From Halomicronema hongdechloris C2206 (GTDB taxonomy: Bacteria; Cyanobacteriota; Cyanobacteriia; Phormidesmidales; Phormidesmidaceae): DNA of 32,000 nucleotides. This document shows, in pieces, positions 17,822 through 25,805 of this stretch (position 1 is its first letter; every line of letters starts with the position of its first letter). Made by a program: the position numbers and the translations under genes. Location of the stretch: NCBI RefSeq assembly GCF_002075285.3, contig NZ_CP021983.2, positions 1,800,001 to 1,832,000 on the forward strand. The letters are read 5' to 3'. The notes under the pieces were generated by a model. It saw nothing but the letters and a program-made list of their open reading frames with translations, did no database searches and had not been told where the DNA came from.

Positions 17822-18082
17822 TTAGGCCAGATGTAAATGCAACACGGAGCGGGGAGCCCGACGCACACGGCAGCAAATCGTCTGGTGGCCGAGACGACGG
17901 CAGGCTTCGTAGCGATGGCACCCCGAGAATCCATAATATCGTCCCTCCACCTCCAAGACATCAATGGGGTCCTGTAGCCCCTGCTCCTGAATCGAGGCCA
18001 TCAAAGTCGCAACTTTCTCGGGGTCAGTCTGACGATAGAGGGGACGATGAATTTGGTCAATGGGGATATCGGCAATGCGCAT
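17822..18082 (-). CDS. srxA: sulfiredoxin (ParB/Srx fold)
   Basis: MRIADIPIDQIHRPL...QEQGLQDPIDVLEVEGRYYGFSGCHRYEACRRLG contains the sulfiredoxin active-site signature F(S/G)GCHR. ATG at 18082 is chosen, because the longer track ORF upstream runs through non-coding tandem repeats. Confidence 0.8.
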   Translation of the reverse strand: MRIADIPIDQIHRPLYRQTDPEKVATLMASIQEQGLQDPIDVLEVEGRYYGFSGCHRYEACRRLGHQTICCRVRRAPRSVLHLHLA

Positions 18083-18122
18083 CTTGGCTAAGTAGAGAGG
18101 TGGGTGGGTGGTGGGGAGGACC

Positions 18123-18143
18123 GAGGGCGGAGGGCGGAGGGCG
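18123..18143. repeat. heptamer tandem repeat GAGGGCG x3
   Basis: Read directly. Confidence 0.9.
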
Positions 18144-18146
18144 GAG

Positions 18147-18229
18147 ATGGAGTGATGAAGTGATGGGGTGATGGGGTGATGGAGTGATGGGGTGATGGGG
18201 TGATGGAGTGAATGGGGGATGGGAATGGG
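18147..18229. repeat. octamer tandem repeat ATGRRGTG (8 good copies, then degenerate), with a 24-nt super-period
   Basis: The run reads ATGGAGTG ATGAAGTG ATGGGGTG ATGGGGTG ATGGAGTG ATGGGGTG ATGGGGTG ATGGAGTG, then AATGGGGGATGGGAATGGG. Confidence 0.9.
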
Positions 18230-18230
18230 T

Positions 18231-18265
18231 TTGAGTTTTGGGTTTTGAGTTTTGAGTTTTGAATC
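18231..18265. repeat. heptamer tandem repeat TTGAGTT x5 (STRR-like)
   Basis: TTGAGTT TTGGGTT TTGAGTT TTGAGTT TTGAATC. It is the near reverse complement of the TTCAAAA array at 18395-18420. Confidence 0.9.
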
Positions 18266-18271
18266 CCCGCC

Positions 18272-18298
18272 TTGCTCCTGTGGAGCCGCTTTGCGAAC
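18272..18298. repeat. 27-nt dispersed repeat, copy A (TTGCTCCTGTGGAGCCGCTTTGCGAAC)
   Basis: 26/27 identical to 18506-18532 in the same orientation. It contains the GCTCC-TGY-GGAGC mini-hairpin. Similarity continues with indels through ACAAGC. Confidence 0.85.
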
Positions 18299-18394
18299 GC
18301 GAGGACAAGCTTTGAATTTTGGTTTGATTCCTGCCCAACGGTGGATGGGGAAAGAGGGTAGGGGCGTGGTTGCCGCGCCCAATGCAGAAAAGTC

Positions 18395-18420
18395 TTCAAT
18401 TCAAAATTCAAAATTCAAAA
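18395..18420. repeat. heptamer tandem repeat TTCAAAA x3 (plus a partial unit)
   Basis: TTCAA TTCAAAA TTCAAAA TTCAAAA. Inverted relative to 18231-18265. Confidence 0.9.
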
Positions 18421-18505
18421 TTTATTGCTACCTTGCCAATGCGACGCGATCAATAACGACCAATCGATAACCCCTTCCGCAGGTCCAGGCAGTAGTTCGA
18501 CTTCG

Positions 18506-18532
18506 TTGCTCCTGCGGAGCCGCTTTGCGAAC
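18506..18532. repeat. 27-nt dispersed repeat, copy B (TTGCTCCTGCGGAGCCGCTTTGCGAAC)
   Basis: See copy A. Confidence 0.85.
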
Positions 18533-18915
18533 ACTACAAGCGGTTTGCCCTGGTCGTAGGAGTCCGGGGAAGCGACATTCCCCCGGCGAGCACCCTGAGC
18601 TGCACAATAAGTGTGGCCTTATCGTGATCCACCGCCACTGAGCAATACACCCTACACGGGATTTCGGGGCGGTAAGCAGGATGTGGGAGCGTGGTTTCCG
18701 CTCCACTCGTCCACTCGCCTACCCTTCCATTGATCATACTCATAACGAATATGACTTGGCAAGATCAGGGCATTCCGAAAGGGGTCTAAACTCGCTACAA
18801 TGCGGCTATCCGAGTCGATGACTGCAGACCATGGTGATCTCAGCGGAAACAGGCCTGAGATCAGGCGCCATTGCCAGGCCTCTGGGGCTGGCGAGGTCGT
18901 TCCCGATGGTCCCGG

Positions 18916-20610
18916 ATGGTGCCGTTGGTGGCGGGCCTGGTGGTGGGCATGATAGCTCCTCTAAAGGCTGAGCCCTTGAATCCGGAACTGCAGGTGGGGG
19001 TGGTGCAGCGATTTGGCGAGGATGACGATGTCACCCTTCGGTTGGAATCCTTTGCTGGAGCTCCTCTGACGGTATCCTTTCAGACGGGGGAGGAGCCTCA
19101 GCAGATCACCACCCCCCAAGTATTGCTAGAGGTGCAACCACGGCCCTTACCCCAGCGTGAATTGCAGGAGCGGGTGGTGCTCAGCACCCATCGCAGCTTC
19201 GAGAGTGCCGAAGACAGTGCTCAGGCGTGGCAGCAACGGGGTATTGCCACTGAAATTGCCCAACCCGATACTTGGCAGGTGTGGGCCCAGCGAGAGACGT
19301 ATCACACGCCACTGTTACGGCGATTGCTGCTGCAGAACTTGCAGAGCCAGGGATTTACGGAGGTGTTTCTAGATAGCCAGGTGCTGGGACAGGAGCCCCA
19401 GGCGGTGTTTATCGCCAATGGCTATCGCTATCATCGCTCGCGTCTAGAGGTGACGGCGGCCAACCAACGCATTCGGGTCGTGCGGCTCTTGGGCGGAGAT
19501 CCCCAGCGGACGCGGCTCTATGGCGGTAAGCTGCGGCTGCAACCCAATGCCTATGGCACCTATACCCTGGTGAATCAGGTGCCGATTGAGACTTACTTGC
19601 GCGGGGTGGTGCCCCATGAGATTGGCTTGGGGGCTCCTGCGGCTACCATTGCCGCTCAAGCAATTCTGGCTCGCACCTATGCCCTGCGCAATCTGCGTCG
19701 CTTTACCATCGATGACTATCAGCTGTGTGCCGATACCCATTGCCAGGTCTATTGGGGCTTAGGAGGAGCGGCACCTGTCACCGATAAGGCCATCGCCGCC
19801 ACTAAAGGCATGGTGCTGACCTACCAGGGAGAATTGGTGGATGCCCTCTATTCCTCGACTTCAGGAGGTGTCACGGCTCCCTTTAGCCATGTCTGGAATG
19901 GCCCCGATCGCCCTTACTTGAAGGCGGTGGTGGATTCGGTGCAGGGCGTCTGGGATTTGGAGCAAACGCCCCTGAATACCGAAGCGGCAGTGCGGCGGTT
20001 TCTGGACCTCGAGACTGGGTTTAATGAAGCGCGCTGGGATACCTTTCGCTGGCAACGCCAGAGTGACTTGGCTGAGATTACCCAGGATGTCAGGGCCTAT
20101 GTGCGATCGCAACAACATCCCCTAGCCGACTTCACTGAAATCACCAGCCTACAGGTGAGCCAGCGAGCTGCCTCAGGGCGGGTACAGACCCTAGTGATGC
20201 AGACGGATCTGGGCGAAATCACCTTAGTCAAAGATGAAATCATCCGGGTCCTGTCGGCACCGCGGAGCTTGCTGTTTTATCTGGACCCGATCTACGAAGA
20301 GACAACAGCGGCGGCAGAGGCCCCTAGTCAAGCAGCAGAGGCCAGCCCCTCCTCCCCCCTACAGGGCTACCGATTTGTTGGCGGGGGCTTCGGCCACGGT
20401 GTGGGCATGAGCCAAACCGGGGCCTATCGCCTTGGCGCTCTGGGCTGGTCCAGCGAACAAATTCTGCAGTTCTACTATCCCGGCACCACCCTAGAACCAA
20501 TCCATGACGATCTCGTCTTCTGGCGCCCATCAACCGATGCCGACCAGGGAGATCAGGTGGAATCAGACCCTGATGCAGCGGCCAAAAGCATGGCCTCCCC
20601 GTCTCCATAA
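18916..20610 (+). CDS. SpoIID/LytB domain protein (amidase-enhancer family), secreted
   Basis: ORF 18871..20610 (TTG). ATG 18916 gives the signal-like MVPLVAGLVVGMIAPLKA. SpoIID motifs are YLRGVVPHEIG, AQAILARTYAL, CADTHCQVY, ALYSSTSGG and GHGVGMSQTGA. Confidence 0.85.
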   Translation: MVPLVAGLVVGMIAPLKAEPLNPELQVGVVQRFGEDDDVTLRLESFAGAPLTVSFQTGEEPQQITTPQVLLEVQPRPLPQRELQERVVLSTHRSFESAEDSAQAWQQRGIATEIAQPDTWQVWAQRETYHTPLLRRLLLQNLQSQGFTEVFLDSQVLGQEPQAVFIANGYRYHRSRLEVTAANQRIRVVRLLGGDPQRTRLYGGKLRLQPNAYGTYTLVNQVPIETYLRGVVPHEIGLGAPAATIAAQAILARTYALRNLRRFTIDDYQLCADTHCQVYWGLGGAAPVTDKAIAATKGMVLTYQGELVDALYSSTSGGVTAPFSHVWNGPDRPYLKAVVDSVQGVWDLEQTPLNTEAAVRRFLDLETGFNEARWDTFRWQRQSDLAEITQDVRAYVRSQQHPLADFTEITSLQVSQRAASGRVQTLVMQTDLGEITLVKDEIIRVLSAPRSLLFYLDPIYEETTAAAEAPSQAAEASPSSPLQGYRFVGGGFGHGVGMSQTGAYRLGALGWSSEQILQFYYPGTTLEPIHDDLVFWRPSTDADQGDQVESDPDAAAKSMASPSP

Positions 20611-20655
20611 GAGTCGCCTGGGCCACCAGCCGCTGCAGCAATCCGGCATCCCTCT

Positions 20656-20698
20656 AAAACCAAAACTAAAAACTGAGGACCCCTCTAGGAGTCCTCAG
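20656..20698 (-). terminator. rho-independent terminator for petF
   Basis: Perfect 8-bp stem CTGAGGAC (20673-20680) / GTCCTCAG (20691-20698). On the minus strand it is followed by TTTTTAGTTTTGGTTTT (complement of 20656-20672). It lies ~120 nt downstream of the petF stop, between convergent genes. Confidence 0.7.
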
Positions 20699-20816
20699 TA
20701 GCAAGCTGCAGGCAGGCTAGCCAAGCTAGCTGAGACGATACCGACTCATCCGAGTCCTAGCTCAAGGCAATACCTGGCCAGCTATCACTCGATGACAGTT
20801 GCGATGAACACACTGC

Positions 20817-21116
20817 TTAGTACAGCTCTTCTTCCTGGTGGGTCATGATGGTGCAATCAGACGTCGGATACGCGACGCAGGTCAGCACGTAACCGGCTTC
20901 GATCTGGTCATCATCCAGGAAGGATTGGTCAGATTGGTCAACGTTACCTTCCATCATCTTGCCAGCGCAGGTGGAGCAAGCCCCTGCCCGGCAAGAATAG
21001 GGAAGTTCGATACCTTGCTCTTCAGCGGCGTCCAGAATGTATTCATCATCAGGCACTTCGACAGTGGTGTTAAGCCCTTCAGCTTCGTTGACCAACGTCA
21101 CCTTATAACTTGCCAT
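20817..21116 (-). CDS. petF: plant-type [2Fe-2S] ferredoxin I
   Basis: The 99-aa protein [53 protein letters not shown]...[22 protein letters not shown] has the canonical C-x4-C-x2-C...C ligands and a PetF-like sequence throughout. Confidence 0.95.
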   Translation of the reverse strand: MASYKVTLVNEAEGLNTTVEVPDDEYILDAAEEQGIELPYSCRAGACSTCAGKMMEGNVDQSDQSFLDDDQIEAGYVLTCVAYPTSDCTIMTHQEEELY

Positions 21117-21588
21117 GCTGCTATCCTCTCAATGCAGAAAAACATTCACATCCGTTGACCCTAACTCTTCCTAAATGTGACGGCGATTAAGCGATTAGGA
21201 ATTTATTCTCACGGGCCAACTCCATTTCCGATACTACGGGAAAACTTGAAGTCTGTGGGCGCTTTCTTCTATTTGGCTGAATGGTATTCGTAATCGAACC
21301 ACTCCATTGCCGCCTAAATTACTTATAGGTGGATCGAGAACACTCCCTGTGAGTCCCTTTATCAAGGGGCTTATGGTAGGCAAACCGGAGAATATGCCCC
21401 GGAACCGCCCTATAAGGCGATATTTATTATCAATAATTAATCTAAACATAAGTTTTAATTATACATCTTCCTTTAGTCATGTTTGCAACAGAAATTCTCG
21501 GTATTGGGAATGACTTTTCAATAGCTTATGCAAAGAAAACAATCAGTTCGATAATGGTTCTAGGCGTTCTCAAAAGGTTGGAAATCCT

Positions 21589-22599
21589 GTGTCGAGCCCA
21601 CTGAATGACACACTCCTGAATCAGCCCCTCAAGGTAGGTCTGGTTGGTACCGGCTATGCTGCTCAGCTACGAGCAGAAGCGCTACGGGCAGATGTGCGAT
21701 CGCATCCTTTTTTAGTCGCGGGTCATCGTCCCGAGAAAACCCTGGAATTCAGTCGCAGCCATGGGCTTACCGTGGCCGACTCTTGGCAAGCCGTAGTGCA
21801 CCATCCGGATGTGGATCTAGTCTGTGTGGCCCACCTGAATCGAGATCATGCCCCAGTAGTCGCCGCCGCCTTGCAAGCCCACAAGCATGTCATCGTAGAA
21901 TACCCCCTGGCCTTTTCCCCCCAGCAGGGCCAGCAACTGCTGGCCCTAGCCCGCGCCCAGCAGCGCCTGTTGCACGTGGAGCATATCGAGTTACTAGGGG
22001 GCTTACATCAAGCCATGCAGCAGCATCTGCCCGCCATTGGGGCCCCCTCCTACGTGCGCTATAGCACCCTCAAGCCCCAGCGTCCGGCGCCGACCAAGTG
22101 GACCTATCGCCCCGCCGAATTCGGCTTTCCCCTAGTGGGGGCCCTGTCGCGTATCCATCGCCTCACCCATCTATTTGGTCCCATCACGGCAGTGACCTGC
22201 CAACTTCAGTACGACGGCGTCATCAGCCGTACTACCCCCGAGGCCTTCACCTCCTGTCTCTGCATTGGTCAATTTCAGTTTCAGAGCGGACTGTTGGCGG
22301 AAGTCAGCTATGGCAAGGGAGAGCTGATCTGGCAGGTAACCCGCCGCATGGAAATCTATGGCCAGACCGGTGCCCTGGTGTTCGAAGCCGATCACGGCAC
22401 ATTGATACGCCCAGAGGACACCCAACCCATAGTAGTGGGGTCCCGACGGGGGTTATTTAAGCGAGACACACAGATGGTCTTAGACCACCTCAGCAGTGGC
22501 ACCCCCCTCTATGTGACGCCGCAACAGAGCTTACTCTCTCTGGCAGTGGCCGACGCCGCTCGTCGTTCGGCAGAAACCGGCGAGATGGTACGGCTGTGA
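21589..22599 (+). CDS. bvdR: Gfo/Idh/MocA-fold oxidoreductase, probable biliverdin reductase (BVR-A/BvdR-like)
   Basis: GTG start. Rossmann motif VGLVGTGYAA. KHVIVEYPLAFS...RLLHVEHIELLGG...FGFPLVGALSRIHRLTHLFG parallels the mammalian BVR-A pattern KHVLVEYPM...RVLHEEHVELL...[20 protein letters not shown] and my memory of Synechocystis BvdR. Confidence 0.6.
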   Translation: MSSPLNDTLLNQPLKVGLVGTGYAAQLRAEALRADVRSHPFLVAGHRPEKTLEFSRSHGLTVADSWQAVVHHPDVDLVCVAHLNRDHAPVVAAALQAHKHVIVEYPLAFSPQQGQQLLALARAQQRLLHVEHIELLGGLHQAMQQHLPAIGAPSYVRYSTLKPQRPAPTKWTYRPAEFGFPLVGALSRIHRLTHLFGPITAVTCQLQYDGVISRTTPEAFTSCLCIGQFQFQSGLLAEVSYGKGELIWQVTRRMEIYGQTGALVFEADHGTLIRPEDTQPIVVGSRRGLFKRDTQMVLDHLSSGTPLYVTPQQSLLSLAVADAARRSAETGEMVRL

Positions 22600-22619
22600 A
22601 GGGCGCCCCCAGCAACGAC

Positions 22620-22648
22620 GCTGCCGGACAGCACTCTGTGGCGGCAGC
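22620..22648. terminator. weak hairpin between convergent genes (GCTGCCG ... CGGCAGC)
   Basis: 7-bp perfect inverted repeat with a 15-nt loop and no U-tract. Confidence 0.25.
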
Positions 22649-22655
22649 ATAGCCC

Positions 22656-23174
22656 CTAAAGCGGTGGCTGCCCGATGTAATTGCCGGGCGGAGTGTATTG
22701 GCACACCAAGACATCCCAGCCCTGGCCACTGGCTAGGCCGCAACCCACCTCAGTGGTCTGGCGCCAGATGATTTGGGTGTAGTGGCCCACATCCCGCCAG
22801 TTACCCGTCGTCGCTACCGCCGGAAACACCCCATCGGAGACGAAGTACTGCTTTTCGGCCCCCCAGCTGTCTACCATATCGCTGAGCTCGTAGGCGCCGG
22901 CGGTACCCTTCCAGATGTTTTCCCCATAGCCACCGGCAGCACTATGGGCAAAGCTATTGGTGGCGGCTAGGTGCTCGGCCCACGCTTGGGCCGACTCGGC
23001 CAGGGGCGGAGACCACGCCAGGGGCGGCACGCCCACGTCCTCTCGGTAGCGGTTGTGGGCCTCCAGCAGCACCGTCGCCTCTGAGTCGGCTAGGGCGTTG
23101 CCTGGGCCTGCGATCAGGGCCAGGGCCATGGCTGCCACCATGCCGTAGTCAATCGCCTTGAGTGATACCCCCAT
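22656..23174 (-). CDS. secreted CAP/SCP/PR-1 domain protein
   Basis: Signal-like MVAAMALALIAGPGNALA. CAP motifs are HNRYREDVGVPPLAWS, GENIW and GHYTQIIWRQTTEVGCG. Confidence 0.85.
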   Translation of the reverse strand: MGVSLKAIDYGMVAAMALALIAGPGNALADSEATVLLEAHNRYREDVGVPPLAWSPPLAESAQAWAEHLAATNSFAHSAAGGYGENIWKGTAGAYELSDMVDSWGAEKQYFVSDGVFPAVATTGNWRDVGHYTQIIWRQTTEVGCGLASGQGWDVLVCQYTPPGNYIGQPPL

Positions 23175-23256
23175 GGTGGTGCCTCCTTCCTTGATATCAA
23201 TAGCCTCTGGGAATTAGACTGCCTCCAGGCCGCTAGAAGTTCCGGAAGTACGAAAC

Positions 23257-23299
23257 GGATCCCCTGAGGTCAGGAGCGCTTGGGAGCGAACAGGGATCC
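23257..23299. terminator. hairpin immediately downstream of mrp (GGATCCCCTG ... CAGGGATCC)
   Basis: 9-bp stem with a one-base bulge and a 24-nt loop. No clean U-tract on the minus strand, so function is uncertain. Confidence 0.3.
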
Positions 23300-23305
23300 G
23301 AAAAA

Positions 23306-24409
23306 TCAGTGAGTCCCTGGCGGTGCCGACTTAGGCGCCGCCAGGGTGGGCTCTGGCATAGCCGCCTGGCCGAAGGTGCCATTGAGGCCAGCGGCAATCT
23401 GGGCAAACACCTGGCTCACAGAGGCATCGGGCAGTTGTAGCGGCAGCGGGACCCCTGCATCGGCTAAGGCACAAATGCGCGGGTCAAGAGGCACCTGGCC
23501 CCACAGAGGCACCTGCAGATCCCGGGCAATCTGGGCGCCACCACCACTGCCAAAAATCGGAGTCGGGTTGCCGCAGTGGCCACAGAGCAGATAACTCATG
23601 TTTTCCACCAGCCCTAGCACTGGCACCCCCACCTGCCGAAACATGGCGACACTGCGCCGCACATCGGCGACGGCTACTTGCTGGGGCGTCGTCACCATGA
23701 TCACGCCGCAAATGGGGCTCTCCTGCATGATGGTAATCTGGGCATCGCCGGTACCAGGGGGCAAATCAATGAGCAGGTAGTCGAGGTCACCCCACTCGAC
23801 CTCTTGAAGAAACTGGGTCAGGATTTTATGCATCACTGGCCCTCGCCAGGCCAGGGGATGATCCTGCTCCGCCAGCAACCCCACCGACATCAGCTTGATG
23901 CCATGGGCGTCTAGGGGTAGGAACCGCTGGCCGCTGTCGGTCTCTACCACCTGGACACTGGATTGGCCCAGCCCCAACATGTGCGGCACATTGGGACCAT
24001 AAATATCGGCATCCAGTAGGCCCACCTTGGCGCCACTGCGAGTCAGGGCGGCGGCCAGGTTGACGGCGGTGGTTGACTTGCCGACTCCCCCTTTGCCACT
24101 GGAGACAGCCAGGGTAGTGCGGACGCCGGGAATGGTGCATAGCTGAGCGTAGGCCTTCTTGCACCAGGGCAGGGCAGTGAGGGTCTGTTGCACCTGCTGT
24201 TGAAGATGGCGCTGGTGGGTGCCCACATACAGGCGTAGATACACGTAGTCATCTACTATCTGCAGGTTACGCACCATGCCCAGGTTGACTAGGTTGTTGG
24301 GCAGGGTGGGGGCTTGAATGTCTTGCAGCCGGGCGATGACTTCGGCTTTACGAGTGTCGGCTTGGGGGTCAGCGGCGGCCCGATGAAAGGGAGATGAATG
24401 ACTAGGCAT
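23306..24409 (-). CDS. mrp: Mrp/ApbC/NBP35-family Fe-S cluster carrier ATPase with N-terminal DUF59/MIP18 domain
   Basis: ATG 24409 (MPSHSS...). DUF59-like LVNLGMVRNLQIVDDYVYLRL. Deviant Walker A SGKGGVGKSTTAVNLA. DLPPGTGD. Cluster-bridging C-x-x-C (CGHCG). Confidence 0.9.
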   Translation of the reverse strand: MPSHSSPFHRAAADPQADTRKAEVIARLQDIQAPTLPNNLVNLGMVRNLQIVDDYVYLRLYVGTHQRHLQQQVQQTLTALPWCKKAYAQLCTIPGVRTTLAVSSGKGGVGKSTTAVNLAAALTRSGAKVGLLDADIYGPNVPHMLGLGQSSVQVVETDSGQRFLPLDAHGIKLMSVGLLAEQDHPLAWRGPVMHKILTQFLQEVEWGDLDYLLIDLPPGTGDAQITIMQESPICGVIMVTTPQQVAVADVRRSVAMFRQVGVPVLGLVENMSYLLCGHCGNPTPIFGSGGGAQIARDLQVPLWGQVPLDPRICALADAGVPLPLQLPDASVSQVFAQIAAGLNGTFGQAAMPEPTLAAPKSAPPGTH

Positions 24410-24419
24410 TGGGAGTTTC

Positions 24420-25379
24420 TCAGCAAGACGCCTGAATCTTTGCGATCGCACGTTCCGAATAGATGCGCACGTCCATGTCGGGGTCATCTAAGGTTTGCTG
24501 CAGGGCCGGCAGCACACTGGCATCGCCGATATTACCCAGGGCCGTGGCAGCATCGCGACGCACATCGGAATATTCGTCGGAGAGGGCCTTGATTAAGGCC
24601 GGAATCGCCTGAGCATTTGGGATTTGCTGCAGGGCTCGAGCGGTGAACTTGCGCACCTGCCACTCCGCATCGGCCATGGCGGCCATGAGGGCCTCCGTAG
24701 CCGCCGCATCGGCTTGTAATTCTAGAGACTTGGCGGCATTACGACGCACCTGCCAGTCGGCATCCGTCCTCAGCAGCTCACACAGCAGCGGTATTACCCC
24801 CGCATCGCTGAGATGGCCCAGGGTGAGGGCCGTGGCCCGTCGCACACTCTCCTCTGCATCCTTGGCCAAGGCTAGGACTGGTTCACACCGCACCACCTGA
24901 TTCAGGTAGCGCAGGGTGGTCACCGCCGCCTCCCGCAGCGCTGGATTATCAGACTCGAAGAAGGGCAAAATGAACGGCAAGGCTTGGGCATCGTGGATCT
25001 TGCGCAGCAGAATCAACACCCCCAGTTGGGCGTGGACATCGTCTTGCTGCAAGACATCCAACAGCGTCATCAAATCCTGGGTGGACACCAGTTCCTTCAG
25101 AGCCGCCAGCGCCTCGTCTCGCACCTGCTGATGAGGGGCATTGAGGCACTCGATTAGGGGCGGAATCGCCACCGGATTCGCAAGCTCCCACAGGGTGGTG
25201 ACGGCAATGTGCTGCACCCTAGGATGGTCGTCCTGGAGAGCCGCAATCAAGGGCTCGATGGCATCTTCATCCCCCAGGTGTTGCAGGGTTTTGACCGCCA
25301 CCAAACGCTCTTCTACATCGTGCGATCGCAACATCTCAACCCATTGGGCGAGGTCAGGGTCCATATCGGTGGTGTGCAT
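24420..25379 (-). CDS. HEAT-repeat (PBS-lyase HEAT-like) protein
   Basis: 319 aa built of ~30-aa repeats of the type D..VR..A..AL..(I/L)G...A(I/L)P.L...L.D. The stop is 10 nt before the mrp start. Confidence 0.85.
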   Translation of the reverse strand: MHTTDMDPDLAQWVEMLRSHDVEERLVAVKTLQHLGDEDAIEPLIAALQDDHPRVQHIAVTTLWELANPVAIPPLIECLNAPHQQVRDEALAALKELVSTQDLMTLLDVLQQDDVHAQLGVLILLRKIHDAQALPFILPFFESDNPALREAAVTTLRYLNQVVRCEPVLALAKDAEESVRRATALTLGHLSDAGVIPLLCELLRTDADWQVRRNAAKSLELQADAAATEALMAAMADAEWQVRKFTARALQQIPNAQAIPALIKALSDEYSDVRRDAATALGNIGDASVLPALQQTLDDPDMDVRIYSERAIAKIQASC

Positions 25380-25416
25380 GGGTGTTCTTCTAAATGACGG
25401 CAGTTGCAGAGGAAAC

Positions 25417-25495
25417 GTCTTGCATGTTTAGTGTTGAGTGTTAGGTTCCTGATGGCCAAGCCCGAATTCAAAACTCAAAATTCATAACTCAAGAC
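25417..25495. repeat. imperfect long inverted repeat built from heptamer-like units (GTCTTG...AGTGTTGAGTGTTAGG / TTCAAAACTCAAAATTCATAACTCAAGAC)
   Basis: The outer arms GTCTTG (25417-25422) and CAAGAC (25490-25495) are exact. The inner arms pair imperfectly, with several G-U and mismatches. The right arm belongs to the same AAAACTC/AAAATTC heptamer family seen at 18231-18265 and 18395-18420. Confidence 0.5.
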
Positions 25496-25502
25496 TTTTG
25501 CG

Positions 25503-25730
25503 TCATCGCAGCAGGAACGGAATCTGCACCGTAATGGCATTGGTGGGGCATTCTTTCTCGCAGGGCAGGCAGAACCAGCATTCGTCATATTTCATGTAGG
25601 CCTTGCCGGTGTCTGGATTTTTCACCAGCACATCGAGGGGACAAACCTCAATGCAGGCCACGCACTTCTCCAAGCATTTCGACTCATCGACGATGACGGG
25701 TACATCCACCCGTTGAGTAGTTAAGGCCAT
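25503..25730 (-). CDS. 2x[4Fe-4S] ferredoxin, AprB N-terminal-domain-like (75 aa)
   Basis: The two Cys clusters are CLEKCVACIEVCP and CWFCLPCEKECP. The layout VDESKC...CIEVCPLDVL...(insert)...YDECWFCLPCEKECPTNAIT parallels the ferredoxin domain of APS reductase beta subunits. The C-terminal AprB tail is absent. Confidence 0.8.
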   Translation of the reverse strand: MALTTQRVDVPVIVDESKCLEKCVACIEVCPLDVLVKNPDTGKAYMKYDECWFCLPCEKECPTNAITVQIPFLLR

Positions 25731-25805
25731 AGAAAATGTCCTTCGATAGACTGCAAAACGGCAAAACAGACGATTACGAAAACCCTAGCCGAGTCAATAG
25801 CCTCC

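Noticed and set aside
18083-18382. Long N-terminal extension of the sulfiredoxin ORF (track ORF 17822..18382, with HHPITPSL repeats), plus two overlapping minus-strand ORFs (18057..18338 and 18088..18411).
   Set aside because: All three minus frames are open only because the region consists of stop-free 7/8-nt tandem repeats. Sulfiredoxins are ~85-110 aa, and a good ATG (18082) starts exactly at the conserved domain.
18123-18420. Possible CRISPR array.
   Set aside because: The units are only 7-8 nt, are directly abutting with no unique spacers, and no cas genes are nearby. These are STRR-like microsatellites.
18514-18550. Group II intron domain V-like hairpin (GAGCCGCUU...AAGCGGUUU, with an AGC triad).
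   Set aside because: The 12-nt loop cannot form the upper helix or GNRA tetraloop of domain V. Copy A of the repeat lacks the 3-prime arm, and there is no IEP/RT ORF or other intron domains nearby.
18421-18870. RNase P RNA, SRP RNA or tmRNA, prompted by fragments such as GGAGUCCGGGG and CAGGUCC.
   Set aside because: The conserved cores I know are not present on either strand. These are GGAAAGUCCGGGC plus its P4 partner, the SRP GGAA/AGCA domain IV, and the tmRNA tRNA-like ends.
21234-21513. Small ORFs (71 aa on the minus strand, 68 aa on the plus strand) in the petF-bvdR spacer.
   Set aside because: The sequence is AT-rich with atypical codon usage, no SD and no recognisable motifs. They are more likely non-coding promoter or UTR DNA.
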